Shown: in pieces, positions 17,144 to 26,330 of the stretch
Layout of the letters: every line of letters starts with the position of its first letter
Numbering within the stretch: position 1 is the first letter of the stretch
Origin: an uncultured Sphaerochaeta sp.
GTDB taxonomy: Bacteria > Spirochaetota > Spirochaetia > Sphaerochaetales > Sphaerochaetaceae
Direction of reading: 5' to 3'
Length of the DNA: 64,000 nucleotides
Assembly: GCA_964547185.1 (NCBI GenBank)
Contig: CAZJMG010000001.1
Location: forward strand, 61,233 to 125,232
Program-made: the position numbers and the translations under genes
Notes under the pieces: generated by a model
What the model saw: only the letters and a program-made list of their open reading frames with translations
Told to the model about the DNA's origin: nothing
The model's database searches: none

Positions 17144-18406
17144 GTGCAGCGAAATGAACGCATCTTGTATTTACTCTTAATAATCCTCATCACACTGTTT
17201 GCAGTATTCGGAATCCTTCTGGAAGGTCCAATACAGGTCATCCATAACACCATCTTGCTGCAAGGCCAGAATGCCCGACTTATCAACGATTTCACCCTCT
17301 ATGGGGTGGGAACGGCGATGTTCAATGCTGCAACGGTTGGAGCTCTGGCTTTGATTCTCATTTTCCATGCCACAGTCAGCCTCTCCGGCCCAACTGTATC
17401 GGCAATACTCACGCTGATGGGGTTTTCTTTCTTTGGAAATACCTTGCTGAATTCTATTCCCCTGATCACGGGCGTCTGGATAGCAAGCAAGGTAGCCCGA
17501 AAAACTTTCGGTTCTTACAGCCTTATAGCCCTTTTTGGCACCGCACTGGGTCCTTTGGTTACTTTTGTAATGTTCTCTCTTGAGCTTCCTTTTATTATCT
17601 CCATCCCCCTTGGCATTTTCTCTGGCTTGGCTGCAGGATTCATTCTTCCTTCTGTCGCAGGATCGATGCTGCAACTCCATCAGGGGTACAATCTCTACAA
17701 TATTGGATTCAGTTGTGGGTTCATCGGCTTGTTTGCCTCGAACCTCTTGATTGCGGCAAACAAAATGCAGGGACTCACCGTCCTTGTCAATGAGGTGTTT
17801 TCCCTCTCTCTCTTTCTCACTATCCCGTCTTTCAGTCTTCTTTTGATCATTACCGCCCTGATAATTGACAAACCAAAGCGGTGCTATACGGGCTTCAAGG
17901 AAATCCAGAAGCTCTCCGGACGACTGCCTTACGATTTTTTTGACACCGGATATTTTGGAGGCACTCTACTCAATATTGGCCTTCTTGGCTTGATCTACTG
18001 GCTCTACATCCTAATCATCGGTGCTCCATTCAATGGTCCGGTGATCGGAGGATTGTTCACGATCATCGCCTTCGGTGGTTTTGGAAAAACCGTAAAAAAT
18101 ACTCTGCCGATATTTTTCGGAGTACTCCTTTCCACTCTCCTGTTTGGAAAATCGCTTACGGCACCAGGGCCTCTGCTTGCGGCCCTCTTCTCTACAACAC
18201 TCGCTCCAATAGCCGGTCAGTTTGGAATCTTTGCAGGATTGCTTGCCGGGATTGTCCATCTGATCATGGTCGAGGTCACCGCGAGCTGGCACGGTGGACT
18301 TGATTTGTACAACAACGGATTCGCCGGCGGACTGACGGCAAGTCTCTTTGTAGCAATTTTACAATGGTTCAAGACCAACCGCCCGAAGGAGGATTTCATC
18401 AAATGA
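17144..18406 (+). CDS. polytopic integral membrane protein (possibly DUF1576 family)
   Basis: GTG start 17144 with GGAGGTGG RBS. 420 aa with about 10-12 hydrophobic Gly-rich helices. The family assignment is from memory only. Confidence 0.75.
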   Translation: MQRNERILYLLLIILITLFAVFGILLEGPIQVIHNTILLQGQNARLINDFTLYGVGTAMFNAATVGALALILIFHATVSLSGPTVSAILTLMGFSFFGNTLLNSIPLITGVWIASKVARKTFGSYSLIALFGTALGPLVTFVMFSLELPFIISIPLGIFSGLAAGFILPSVAGSMLQLHQGYNLYNIGFSCGFIGLFASNLLIAANKMQGLTVLVNEVFSLSLFLTIPSFSLLLIITALIIDKPKRCYTGFKEIQKLSGRLPYDFFDTGYFGGTLLNIGLLGLIYWLYILIIGAPFNGPVIGGLFTIIAFGGFGKTVKNTLPIFFGVLLSTLLFGKSLTAPGPLLAALFSTTLAPIAGQFGIFAGLLAGIVHLIMVEVTASWHGGLDLYNNGFAGGLTASLFVAILQWFKTNRPKEDFIK

Positions 18407-18795
18407 AACGAAAAGAGTATCTAGGACGATTGATCGGAGAAGTTACCAACTTCCTGCTCGAAGGGAATCCCCGTAGGATGGTGTGTTCGTTGCATCAGGA
18501 AGCAGATGGGGCACATCTCAGTTTCTTTGATGACCAAAAACGGACAGAACAGGAAATTGAGAAGATTTACCAATCACTGAACCCCAAACAAAGCAGGCCG
18601 GAATTTGCAGAATACTATGGGATGATGGCCGGTCATGATATCACCTGGGACGCCCGCCTAAAGCTTATCGGCTGGCAGATCAAGCATGCTACGGTTGAAA
18701 ACTCCGACAGTGGTCTGCGCATCGATTTGTGGCTGGGAAGCGAGGCTTTCAATCCTGAGCAGTTTTCTATACACAAGGAAAAAAAACAACAATAG
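18403..18795 (+). CDS. hypothetical cytoplasmic protein (130 aa), translationally coupled to the membrane protein
   Basis: ATG 18403 overlaps the upstream stop (ATGA). GAAGGAGG RBS 9 nt upstream. No recognisable motif. Confidence 0.6.
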   Translation: MKRKEYLGRLIGEVTNFLLEGNPRRMVCSLHQEADGAHLSFFDDQKRTEQEIEKIYQSLNPKQSRPEFAEYYGMMAGHDITWDARLKLIGWQIKHATVENSDSGLRIDLWLGSEAFNPEQFSIHKEKKQQ

Positions 18796-18927
18796 CGCAA
18801 CATTAATAGGACTTTTTGTTGCATTAGATGTTCTATAGAATTTTTTTGTTGTATCCTATGGCAATTTATGTTGCATATATTTTAAAAATCGTCTACCATC
18901 CCTACAATTTACGTAGACGGAGCAACT

Positions 18928-20073
18928 ATGGATACACGCTTTCTCCTTCTTGAAGACGGAACTCTTTACACAGGAACCGGTTTTGGGGCTCCCTCCCAAA
19001 TGCTTGGCCCTGAGCTTAAAGGCGCCGAGCTTCTCTTCAACACCAGCATGACCGGTTATCAAGAAATTCTTACCGATCCCTCCTATCAGGGGCAGATGGT
19101 CGTCATGACCTATCCTCATATAGGCAACTATGGTTGTGAGCCGGTTTTCGAAGAAGGGCTGTCATCGCCAAGCTCTATAAGCTGTACTGCTTTCATTATT
19201 CGTTCTTTGTATGACGGCCCTCTTCCTCGGAAGAGGGTTTCTTTAGATGCCTATCTCGCCTCTCACAATGTTTCGGGCATCAGCGGTATAGACACTCGCT
19301 CACTTACCATACACATCAGGAACAAGGGAGCCCAGAATGCTGCTCTTTTTTCAACAGGAAGAGACCAGCTGACCAAATCCGAGTATGAGTATGCTCTCTC
19401 GTTGGTGCAAAAATTTCCTTCTCTCAGCGATATTGATCTTATAGATGCCGTTGCCACAAAGAAGGTCATCAACAATCCTTGCATCGATCAAAAATTTCCG
19501 GATAAGCCAATTCTTCGCTTTGCAGTTGTGGATTTTGGTATCAAGCGCTCGATTATCTCCCAGCTGTATCAAAGAGGTTGTGCCGTCACCCTGTTTCCTC
19601 CCGATGTCAGTGCACAGACGATCCTCTCTTCTGGTTGTGATGCAATGTTGCTCTCCAATGGGCCTGGAGACCCCGAACGATTACGTGGTCCGATTGCGAT
19701 GACAAAAGAGGTCATGAAGACAATGCCGGTGTTCGGCATCTGCCTTGGTCATCAGCTGATCACTTGGGCGCTAGGAGGAAAAACCAAGAAAATGAAATAC
19801 GGCCATCATGGGGGCAATCATCCAGTCATAGATGCTCAGACAAACGCGTGTTTTGTAACCAGCCAGAACCATGGGTATGAAAGCGATGCCTCCTCGTTGC
19901 CTTCAGAGGTGGAAGTTTGGTTCAGAAATGCAAACGACCAATCAATCGAGGGCCTGACTCACACGACAAAGGCTATCTGCTCCGTACAATTTCATCCTGA
20001 GGCTTCTCCAGGGCCGCATGATGCAAACTGGATTTTCGATCGTTTCATTGAGAAAGCCAAGGAGGGAATCTGA
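18928..20073 (+). CDS. carA: carbamoyl-phosphate synthase small (glutaminase) subunit
   Basis: 381 aa. Class I amidotransferase triad region GICLGHQL, HGGNHPV, QFHPEASPGPHD. Confidence 0.95.
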   Translation: MDTRFLLLEDGTLYTGTGFGAPSQMLGPELKGAELLFNTSMTGYQEILTDPSYQGQMVVMTYPHIGNYGCEPVFEEGLSSPSSISCTAFIIRSLYDGPLPRKRVSLDAYLASHNVSGISGIDTRSLTIHIRNKGAQNAALFSTGRDQLTKSEYEYALSLVQKFPSLSDIDLIDAVATKKVINNPCIDQKFPDKPILRFAVVDFGIKRSIISQLYQRGCAVTLFPPDVSAQTILSSGCDAMLLSNGPGDPERLRGPIAMTKEVMKTMPVFGICLGHQLITWALGGKTKKMKYGHHGGNHPVIDAQTNACFVTSQNHGYESDASSLPSEVEVWFRNANDQSIEGLTHTTKAICSVQFHPEASPGPHDANWIFDRFIEKAKEGI

Positions 20074-23000
20074 TGGGCAAGCGAGAGGACCTGAAACGAA
20101 TTCTCATTGTAGGAAGCGGACCGATTGTAATCGGACAAGCTTGTGAATTCGACTATAGCGGCACCCAAGCGGTGAAAGCGTTGAAAGAAGAAGGATATGA
20201 AATCATTCTGCTCAATCCGAACCCTGCTACGGTGATGACCACCCCATCGATGGCGGATCATATTTATCTCGATCCTTTAAAAATTGAATATGTAGAACAA
20301 ATTTTCCAACGTGAGCGCCCGGATGCCATTCTTACCACTATGGGAGGCCAAAGCAGCCTCAATCTTGCCTTGGAACTGGACAAGGCGGGTTTACTTGAGC
20401 AATATCAGGTAGAGGTGATCGGATCATCCATCGAGTCAATCAAACTTGCAGAAGATCGCGGAGCTTTCAAACAAGTGGTGGCAAGCCTCGGGCTGGAGAG
20501 TGCACAAAGCTTTATTGTCCACTCTGTAGAAGAAGGGCTTTCTTTGCTCAAGGCTCTCCCTTTCCCCTTGATCATCCGCCCTTCCTACACGCTCGGGGGC
20601 ATGGGCGGGTCGATTGCTTACACACCGGAAGAGTTTCCAATACTCTTGCAACACGCTCTTGAAACAAGCCCTGCACAAGAAGCCTTGATCGAAGAATCCT
20701 TGATCGGTTGGAAAGAATTCGAGATGGAGGTCATGCGGGATAAGAAGGACAACGCCATCATCGTCTGCTCGATAGAGAACATCGACCCGATGGGAGTACA
20801 TACCGGAGACAGTATCACCATAGCCCCGATCCAAACACTTGACGACAAGGCGTACCAGAAAATGCGTACTGCCTCGATCGATATCCTTCGCGCTGTAGGA
20901 GTAGACTGCGGAGGGAGCAATGTCCAGTTTGCCGTCCATCCTGAAACAGGCAGGATGGTGGTCATCGAGATGAACCCACGAGTAAGTCGCTCCTCTGCCC
21001 TCGCTAGCAAAGCTACTGGTTTCCCGATAGCTCGATGTTCGGCAAAGCTTGCTGTAGGATATACCCTTGATGAAGTGGTCAACGAGATCACCGGACAATC
21101 GGTATCTTGTTTTGAACCTGTGCTTGACTACTGCGCAGTAAAGGTCCCTCGCTTTGAACTGGAGAAATTCCCGCTCCCTCTTTCCGCCTTGGGCACACAG
21201 ATGCGTTCGGTAGGCGAGGCTCTTGCTTTGGGAAGAACCGCCTTGGAAGCTTTGAACAAGGCCATCCGCTCTTCTGAGAGGAAGCTTGAGGGACTGTGCA
21301 GTCTCATCACGTTTGCCAATGCAACAGAAGAGGAGGTTGAGCGCTACTTAGATAGCGCCCATCCACTACGATTGCTTGCCGCCTATACCACGCTCTGTGA
21401 GAAAGGTCTTGGAGCGTTGGATGCAATACAGGAAAAAACAGCCTTCGACCCTTGGTTCTTACACCTGTTGGTTGAACAGTGGAAACTGGAACAGGAAATA
21501 ACCACAAAATTCGACCGAACCGTCTTGCTCAAGGCCAAGAGAGCAGGTCTTAGCGATCGCTATATCGGCATGCTTACAAAAAAGTGCCAGGCAGACATTG
21601 AACGACTCCGGTTTGCCTATGAGATGCATCCTGTAGCACATCATATTGATACCTGCAGTGGAGAGTTTGATGCCTTGACTCCCTATCTCTATACCACCTA
21701 TGGGGAAACGAACGAGATAGAGCCGATGGGAGAGCGGGCCGTGGTCATCCTCGCCAGTGGGCCGAACCGGATTGGACAGGGGTTGGAGTTCGATACCTGT
21801 TGCACCCTTGCTTCCCTGGCTTATCGAAAACTGGGCCGAAAAACCATCATGATCAACAGCAACCCTGAGACCGTCTCCACCGACTTCAACATCAGTGACA
21901 GACTTTATATGGATAGTCTTTGCAGTGAAGAGGTAAAAGAGATCATGCGATTGGAGGGGGCTAATGATATCCTGGTTCAGCTTGGAGGGCAGACTCCTCT
22001 TAACCTTGCTTCAGAATTGCAAGCCAATGGAGCGAGGTTGGTAGGAACAAACCTATGCGGACTTCTTGATGCAGGAGACAGGGGAAAGTTCTCAGAGTTG
22101 GTAAAAAAACTCGGTCTGAGACAACCCAAAAACATCGCAGCCACCACCAATGACGAGATTGTCTCGTTTGCAAGGGAAGTGGGTTATCCTGTTTTGATCC
22201 GCCCTTCCTTCGTTCTTGGGGGAAGGGGCATGTACATCGTCTATGATGAGCAGGGCCTGAAGGATCTCGGCCCGATGGAGGTGTCACAGCAGGCTCCTGT
22301 ATTGGTCGACCAATTTCTTGAGGATGCTTTTGAGTATGATCTGGATGCGGTAAGTGACGGCAAAAACCTCTACATCGGCGGTATTTTGCAACATATCGAG
22401 GCGGCTGGAATCCACAGTGGAGATTCTGCTGCCGTCTTTCCACCGTATAAATCATCAAAAGAGATACTTGAGCAAATGCAGCAATGGGCCCATGAACTGG
22501 CCAAGGCTCTTCAGGTACAGGGCCTGATGAATATTCAGTTTGCCGCCAAGGAGGGCCTCTTGTACTTGATCGAGGTCAACCCAAGGGCGTCAAGAACCGT
22601 TCCTTTCATCTCAAAGACATCCGGTGTCGACCTTATTGAAGCGGCTGTACGGGTATGGGAAGGGGAAGACCTGGTACGCCAAGGCTTGGTCAAGAAACAA
22701 GGAGGCCTTGCCATAGGATCGTGCAAGGTCGGTTGGGCGGTCAAGGAAGCAGTCTTCAGCTTCGACCGCTTCTCAAACGTCGACCCTGCACTCGGCCCTG
22801 AGATGCGCTCAACAGGGGAATCCATCGGACTGGGCAAGACCTTCGGAGAAGCATTTGCCAAGAGCCAGCTCAGCAGTGGGAATCGGCTTCCGACAACGGG
22901 TAAGGTTTTTGTGAGTGTGAACAAAAAGGATCGGATGGCGATTTTGGATGTGGTATTGAAGCTGAGAAAACTAGGGTTCAGTATCGCTGCAACAAGAGGG

Positions 23001-23282
23001 ACTGCCGCGTTCCTCTTTGAGCATGGGGTTTTATGTGAGGTGATGCAAAAAGTGCATGAAGGAAACCCAAACATCAGCGATTACCTGAAAAGCAAACAGA
23101 TTGCACTAGTGATCAATACACCGATGGGTTATCATGCACATCGCAGCGATGATGAAATAAGAAGCATCGCCATGCGCCTGAAAATTCCCTATACCACCAC
23201 CACTAGTGCAGCCATTGCCGCTGCTCAGGCTATAGAGTACCTGCAGAAAAAACAGGTCGTTGTTCGTGAGCTACGCTCCTAG
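20073..23282 (+). CDS. carB: carbamoyl-phosphate synthase large subunit
   Basis: 1069 aa. Duplicated ATP-grasp halves (ILIVGSGPIVIGQACEFDYSG / VVILASGPNRIGQGLEFDTC) and an MGS-like tail. 1-nt overlap with the carA stop. Confidence 0.97.
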   Translation: MGKREDLKRILIVGSGPIVIGQACEFDYSGTQAVKALKEEGYEIILLNPNPATVMTTPSMADHIYLDPLKIEYVEQIFQRERPDAILTTMGGQSSLNLALELDKAGLLEQYQVEVIGSSIESIKLAEDRGAFKQVVASLGLESAQSFIVHSVEEGLSLLKALPFPLIIRPSYTLGGMGGSIAYTPEEFPILLQHALETSPAQEALIEESLIGWKEFEMEVMRDKKDNAIIVCSIENIDPMGVHTGDSITIAPIQTLDDKAYQKMRTASIDILRAVGVDCGGSNVQFAVHPETGRMVVIEMNPRVSRSSALASKATGFPIARCSAKLAVGYTLDEVVNEITGQSVSCFEPVLDYCAVKVPRFELEKFPLPLSALGTQMRSVGEALALGRTALEALNKAIRSSERKLEGLCSLITFANATEEEVERYLDSAHPLRLLAAYTTLCEKGLGALDAIQEKTAFDPWFLHLLVEQWKLEQEITTKFDRTVLLKAKRAGLSDRYIGMLTKKCQADIERLRFAYEMHPVAHHIDTCSGEFDALTPYLYTTYGETNEIEPMGERAVVILASGPNRIGQGLEFDTCCTLASLAYRKLGRKTIMINSNPETVSTDFNISDRLYMDSLCSEEVKEIMRLEGANDILVQLGGQTPLNLASELQANGARLVGTNLCGLLDAGDRGKFSELVKKLGLRQPKNIAATTNDEIVSFAREVGYPVLIRPSFVLGGRGMYIVYDEQGLKDLGPMEVSQQAPVLVDQFLEDAFEYDLDAVSDGKNLYIGGILQHIEAAGIHSGDSAAVFPPYKSSKEILEQMQQWAHELAKALQVQGLMNIQFAAKEGLLYLIEVNPRASRTVPFISKTSGVDLIEAAVRVWEGEDLVRQGLVKKQGGLAIGSCKVGWAVKEAVFSFDRFSNVDPALGPEMRSTGESIGLGKTFGEAFAKSQLSSGNRLPTTGKVFVSVNKKDRMAILDVVLKLRKLGFSIAATRGTAAFLFEHGVLCEVMQKVHEGNPNISDYLKSKQIALVINTPMGYHAHRSDDEIRSIAMRLKIPYTTTTSAAIAAAQAIEYLQKKQVVVRELRS

Positions 23283-23345
23283 GGGCAATTGCCTTTTGGT
23301 TTTCTATCGTATAGTATGGGATTACTTTCCTAAAGGGGACCGAGT

Positions 23346-25142
23346 ATGGCAGAAGAAGTATATTCCCAACGAACAACTACCTGTGGGGCACTGACCAAGG
23401 CTGACCAAGGCAAGCAGGTTGTCCTTAACGGCTGGGTGCACCGTGACCGCAATCATGGGGCCCTGCACTTTATCAATCTACGAGACCGCTATGGTATTAC
23501 CCAAGTAGTGGTTGATGATGATGCAAGTCCACAGCTGCAAGACACAGCCGCCCAATTACGTCTTGAGTACTGCATTTCAGTCACCGGCATAGTACGGCTC
23601 AGACCCGATTCGATGATCAATACTGAGATGACAACCGGTGAGATTGAAGTTAAGGCTGAAAAGATTGAGATTCTCAGCAAATGTGCTGTGCTCCCATTCC
23701 AGATAGATGACGGCAACGAGACTCGCGAGGATCTCAGGCTCAAGTATCGATATCTGGATTTACGCAGCCAAGGCATGCAAAAGCGTCTTAAACTACGGCA
23801 TGATTTCATATTTGCAATCCGCAAATACCTTGTCAGCCGTGATTTCTATGAAATTGAGACCCCTACCATGATCAAGAGCACCCCTGAGGGAGCCCGTGAC
23901 TTCTTGGTACCGAGCAGAATCTATCCTGGCAAGTTCTACGCCCTTCCTCAGAGCCCCCAGCTTTTCAAGCAGATCTTGATGGTTGGCGGAATGGACAAGT
24001 ATTTCCAAATCGCACGGTGTTACCGTGATGAGGATGCACGTGGCGATCGTCAGCTTGAGTTCACCCAACTGGACTTGGAAATGAGCTTCGCAAAGAGAGA
24101 CGATGTTCTGGGTCTTATGGAAGGCCTCTTTGGTTCCGTCTTCAAGGAAGTGATGGACTATGAACTTCCTGCTCGATTCACCCGGCTCACGTACCATGAA
24201 GCTATGAACACCTACGGGTGTGACAAGCCCGATCTTCGTTTCGACCTGAGTCTTGTTGACATGAACGACCTTGCGATGAAGAGCAGCTTCGCAACCTTCA
24301 AGGACATCGTCTCCAATGGGGGTTTTGTAAAAGCGATCTGTGCACCAAAAAGTGATTTGGTCGATTTCTCCCGTAAATACATCACTTCCCTTGAAGATGC
24401 AGCAAAGATCTATGGAGCCCAAGGCTTGGCATGGATCAAGGTTGGAGAGAACAACACTCTCAGCGGTGGGGTAAGCAAATTCTTCGCAGGTCTTGAAGAA
24501 GAGCTTATCAGCAGCACAAACGCCAAAGAGGGGGATATGATCCTCTTTGTCGCTCATCAGAGCTGGAAAAAGTGCTGTGCAAGTCTCAGTGCAGTTCGCT
24601 CAAAGCTTGGCAAGGACCTGGATCTTATCAAAAAGGGCTTTGCTTTCTGCTGGATCATTGATTTCCCCTTGTTCGAGTACAACGAGGAAGAAGGGCATTG
24701 GGAGGCTGCACACCATATGTTCAGCATGCCTCAGGCTGAGTATCTTGATACTCTTGAATCAGATCCGGGCAGCGTCAAAGGCGATCTCTACGACTTGGTC
24801 CTCAATGGATACGAAGTCGCCTCCGGCTCGATCCGAATCCATGATGTTGAGCTGCAAAAACGCATCTTCCGCATCTGCAACTTTGACGATGAGACGGCAG
24901 AAGAACGCTTTGGCTTCTTGCTCAATGCATTCCGCTACGGTCCTCCTCCCCATGGCGGTATAGCCCCTGGTGTGGACAGGATGGTCATGATCATGGCGGA
25001 GCAGACGTCCATTCATGAGGTAATAGCCTTCCCAAAGAATACCGCTGCAGTCAGTCCAATGGACGACTCCCCCAGTCTGGTAGACCAGAAGCAGCTTGAT
25101 GATCTGCACTTGATCATCAACTATCCTAAGCCCAAAGCATAA
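23346..25142 (+). CDS. aspS: aspartate--tRNA ligase
   Basis: 598 aa. OB anticodon-binding N-terminus. Class II motifs (FQIARCYRDEDARGDRQLEFTQLD, GSIRIH, GGIAPGVDR). Confidence 0.97.
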   Translation: MAEEVYSQRTTTCGALTKADQGKQVVLNGWVHRDRNHGALHFINLRDRYGITQVVVDDDASPQLQDTAAQLRLEYCISVTGIVRLRPDSMINTEMTTGEIEVKAEKIEILSKCAVLPFQIDDGNETREDLRLKYRYLDLRSQGMQKRLKLRHDFIFAIRKYLVSRDFYEIETPTMIKSTPEGARDFLVPSRIYPGKFYALPQSPQLFKQILMVGGMDKYFQIARCYRDEDARGDRQLEFTQLDLEMSFAKRDDVLGLMEGLFGSVFKEVMDYELPARFTRLTYHEAMNTYGCDKPDLRFDLSLVDMNDLAMKSSFATFKDIVSNGGFVKAICAPKSDLVDFSRKYITSLEDAAKIYGAQGLAWIKVGENNTLSGGVSKFFAGLEEELISSTNAKEGDMILFVAHQSWKKCCASLSAVRSKLGKDLDLIKKGFAFCWIIDFPLFEYNEEEGHWEAAHHMFSMPQAEYLDTLESDPGSVKGDLYDLVLNGYEVASGSIRIHDVELQKRIFRICNFDDETAEERFGFLLNAFRYGPPPHGGIAPGVDRMVMIMAEQTSIHEVIAFPKNTAAVSPMDDSPSLVDQKQLDDLHLIINYPKPKA

Positions 25143-25150
25143 GAAGGCCA

Positions 25151-25180
25151 CCCCGGAGCAATCCGGGGTTCTTTCTTCTT
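25151..25180 (+). terminator. probable intrinsic terminator after aspS
   Basis: CCCCGG-agcaat-CCGGGG followed by TTCTTTCTTCTT. Confidence 0.5.
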
Positions 25181-25198
25181 TATATAAGAGAATGGTTC

Positions 25199-26080
25199 AT
25201 GCATAAGAATTTAGCTTTGAGAGTGTCTCATATAAATATAGTCAACAACATCATACTTGCAGTCAGCAAAATTATCATCGGCATTATAGCCCACTCTTCT
25301 GCCCTGCTGAATGATGGCATCAACAACGCTGGCGACGTCATCAGTTCCATCATCGCCTCTATCGGCATCTCTGCAGGAGCAAGAGATTCCGACAAGAATC
25401 ATCAATACGGCCATGAGCGGCTTGAGTGCGTAGCGGCCATCTTGCTCTCGGGAATCATCATGGTGGTGGGGCTGGGGCTTTTCGTTGACGGGCTTTCCAC
25501 CATCATCCAAAAAAGCTACATCGATCAACCCACTCCAGGCATCCTGGCCGTTGCTGCAGCAGGACTATCCATCATTATCAAGGAGATCATGTTCCTCTAT
25601 ACGCGAAGTGCGGCCAAGAAAACCAATTCTTCTGCGCTGAAAGCTTCTGCCTGGGACTCTCAAAGCGATGTACTGGCTACTACAGGAGGTTTGATAGGAA
25701 TTCTCTTTGCACGCTATGGATTTCCCATTGCCGACAGCATTGCCGCCATCATCATTGCACTCTTCATCTTCAGGGTGGGCATTGAGATTTTTCGAGACGG
25801 CATGGACAAGATGGTCGACCGAGCCTGTGAAGAGACCATGGTTAGAGACATCCGTTCTGTCATCCTCGACCAGCAAGGAGTGAAAGGTGTCGATGTACTG
25901 CGTACCCGCACGTTCGGCTCTCGCTGTTATGTGGACGTAGAAATCTCTGCAGAGGGCTCTCAATCATTGTTTGAAGCCCACTCAATAGCCGAGCGGGTCC
26001 ATCATGCCATTGAAAAGAACTTCCCTCAGGTGAAGCATTGCATGGTACATGTGAATCCTGTTAAGAAAAATCTACAGTAA
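25199..26080 (+). CDS. cation diffusion facilitator (CDF) family metal efflux transporter
   Basis: 293 aa. Six-TM N-terminal domain with HSSALLNDGINNAGD and the DSQSDVLAT motif, plus a cytoplasmic C-terminal domain. Confidence 0.9.
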   Translation: MHKNLALRVSHINIVNNIILAVSKIIIGIIAHSSALLNDGINNAGDVISSIIASIGISAGARDSDKNHQYGHERLECVAAILLSGIIMVVGLGLFVDGLSTIIQKSYIDQPTPGILAVAAAGLSIIIKEIMFLYTRSAAKKTNSSALKASAWDSQSDVLATTGGLIGILFARYGFPIADSIAAIIIALFIFRVGIEIFRDGMDKMVDRACEETMVRDIRSVILDQQGVKGVDVLRTRTFGSRCYVDVEISAEGSQSLFEAHSIAERVHHAIEKNFPQVKHCMVHVNPVKKNLQ

Positions 26081-26330
26081 GTTATTTACGGATAAATAAA
26101 TAAAATTAAAAAAACCACTATCATTATACTTATAACACGCAAATTCTTCTTATGTATGAATTTATTATTTATACCTTAGTATTATAATAGCTATTAGCAT
26201 AAAAATAACTCTTGACACCTGTTTTTCTGAGTGCAAATAATGCTATACAGAATAAGTGCATAGATAATAATGCAACAGGTCAGTCTTCTAGGAATCCTAT
26301 GCAGATTTATTACAAAAAAAGGAGTTCACT

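Noticed and set aside
17177-17680. A 167-aa minus-strand ORF inside the polytopic membrane protein gene.
   Set aside because: It is an antisense shadow with a charged, low-complexity product. The plus-strand gene has a strong RBS and coherent TM periodicity.
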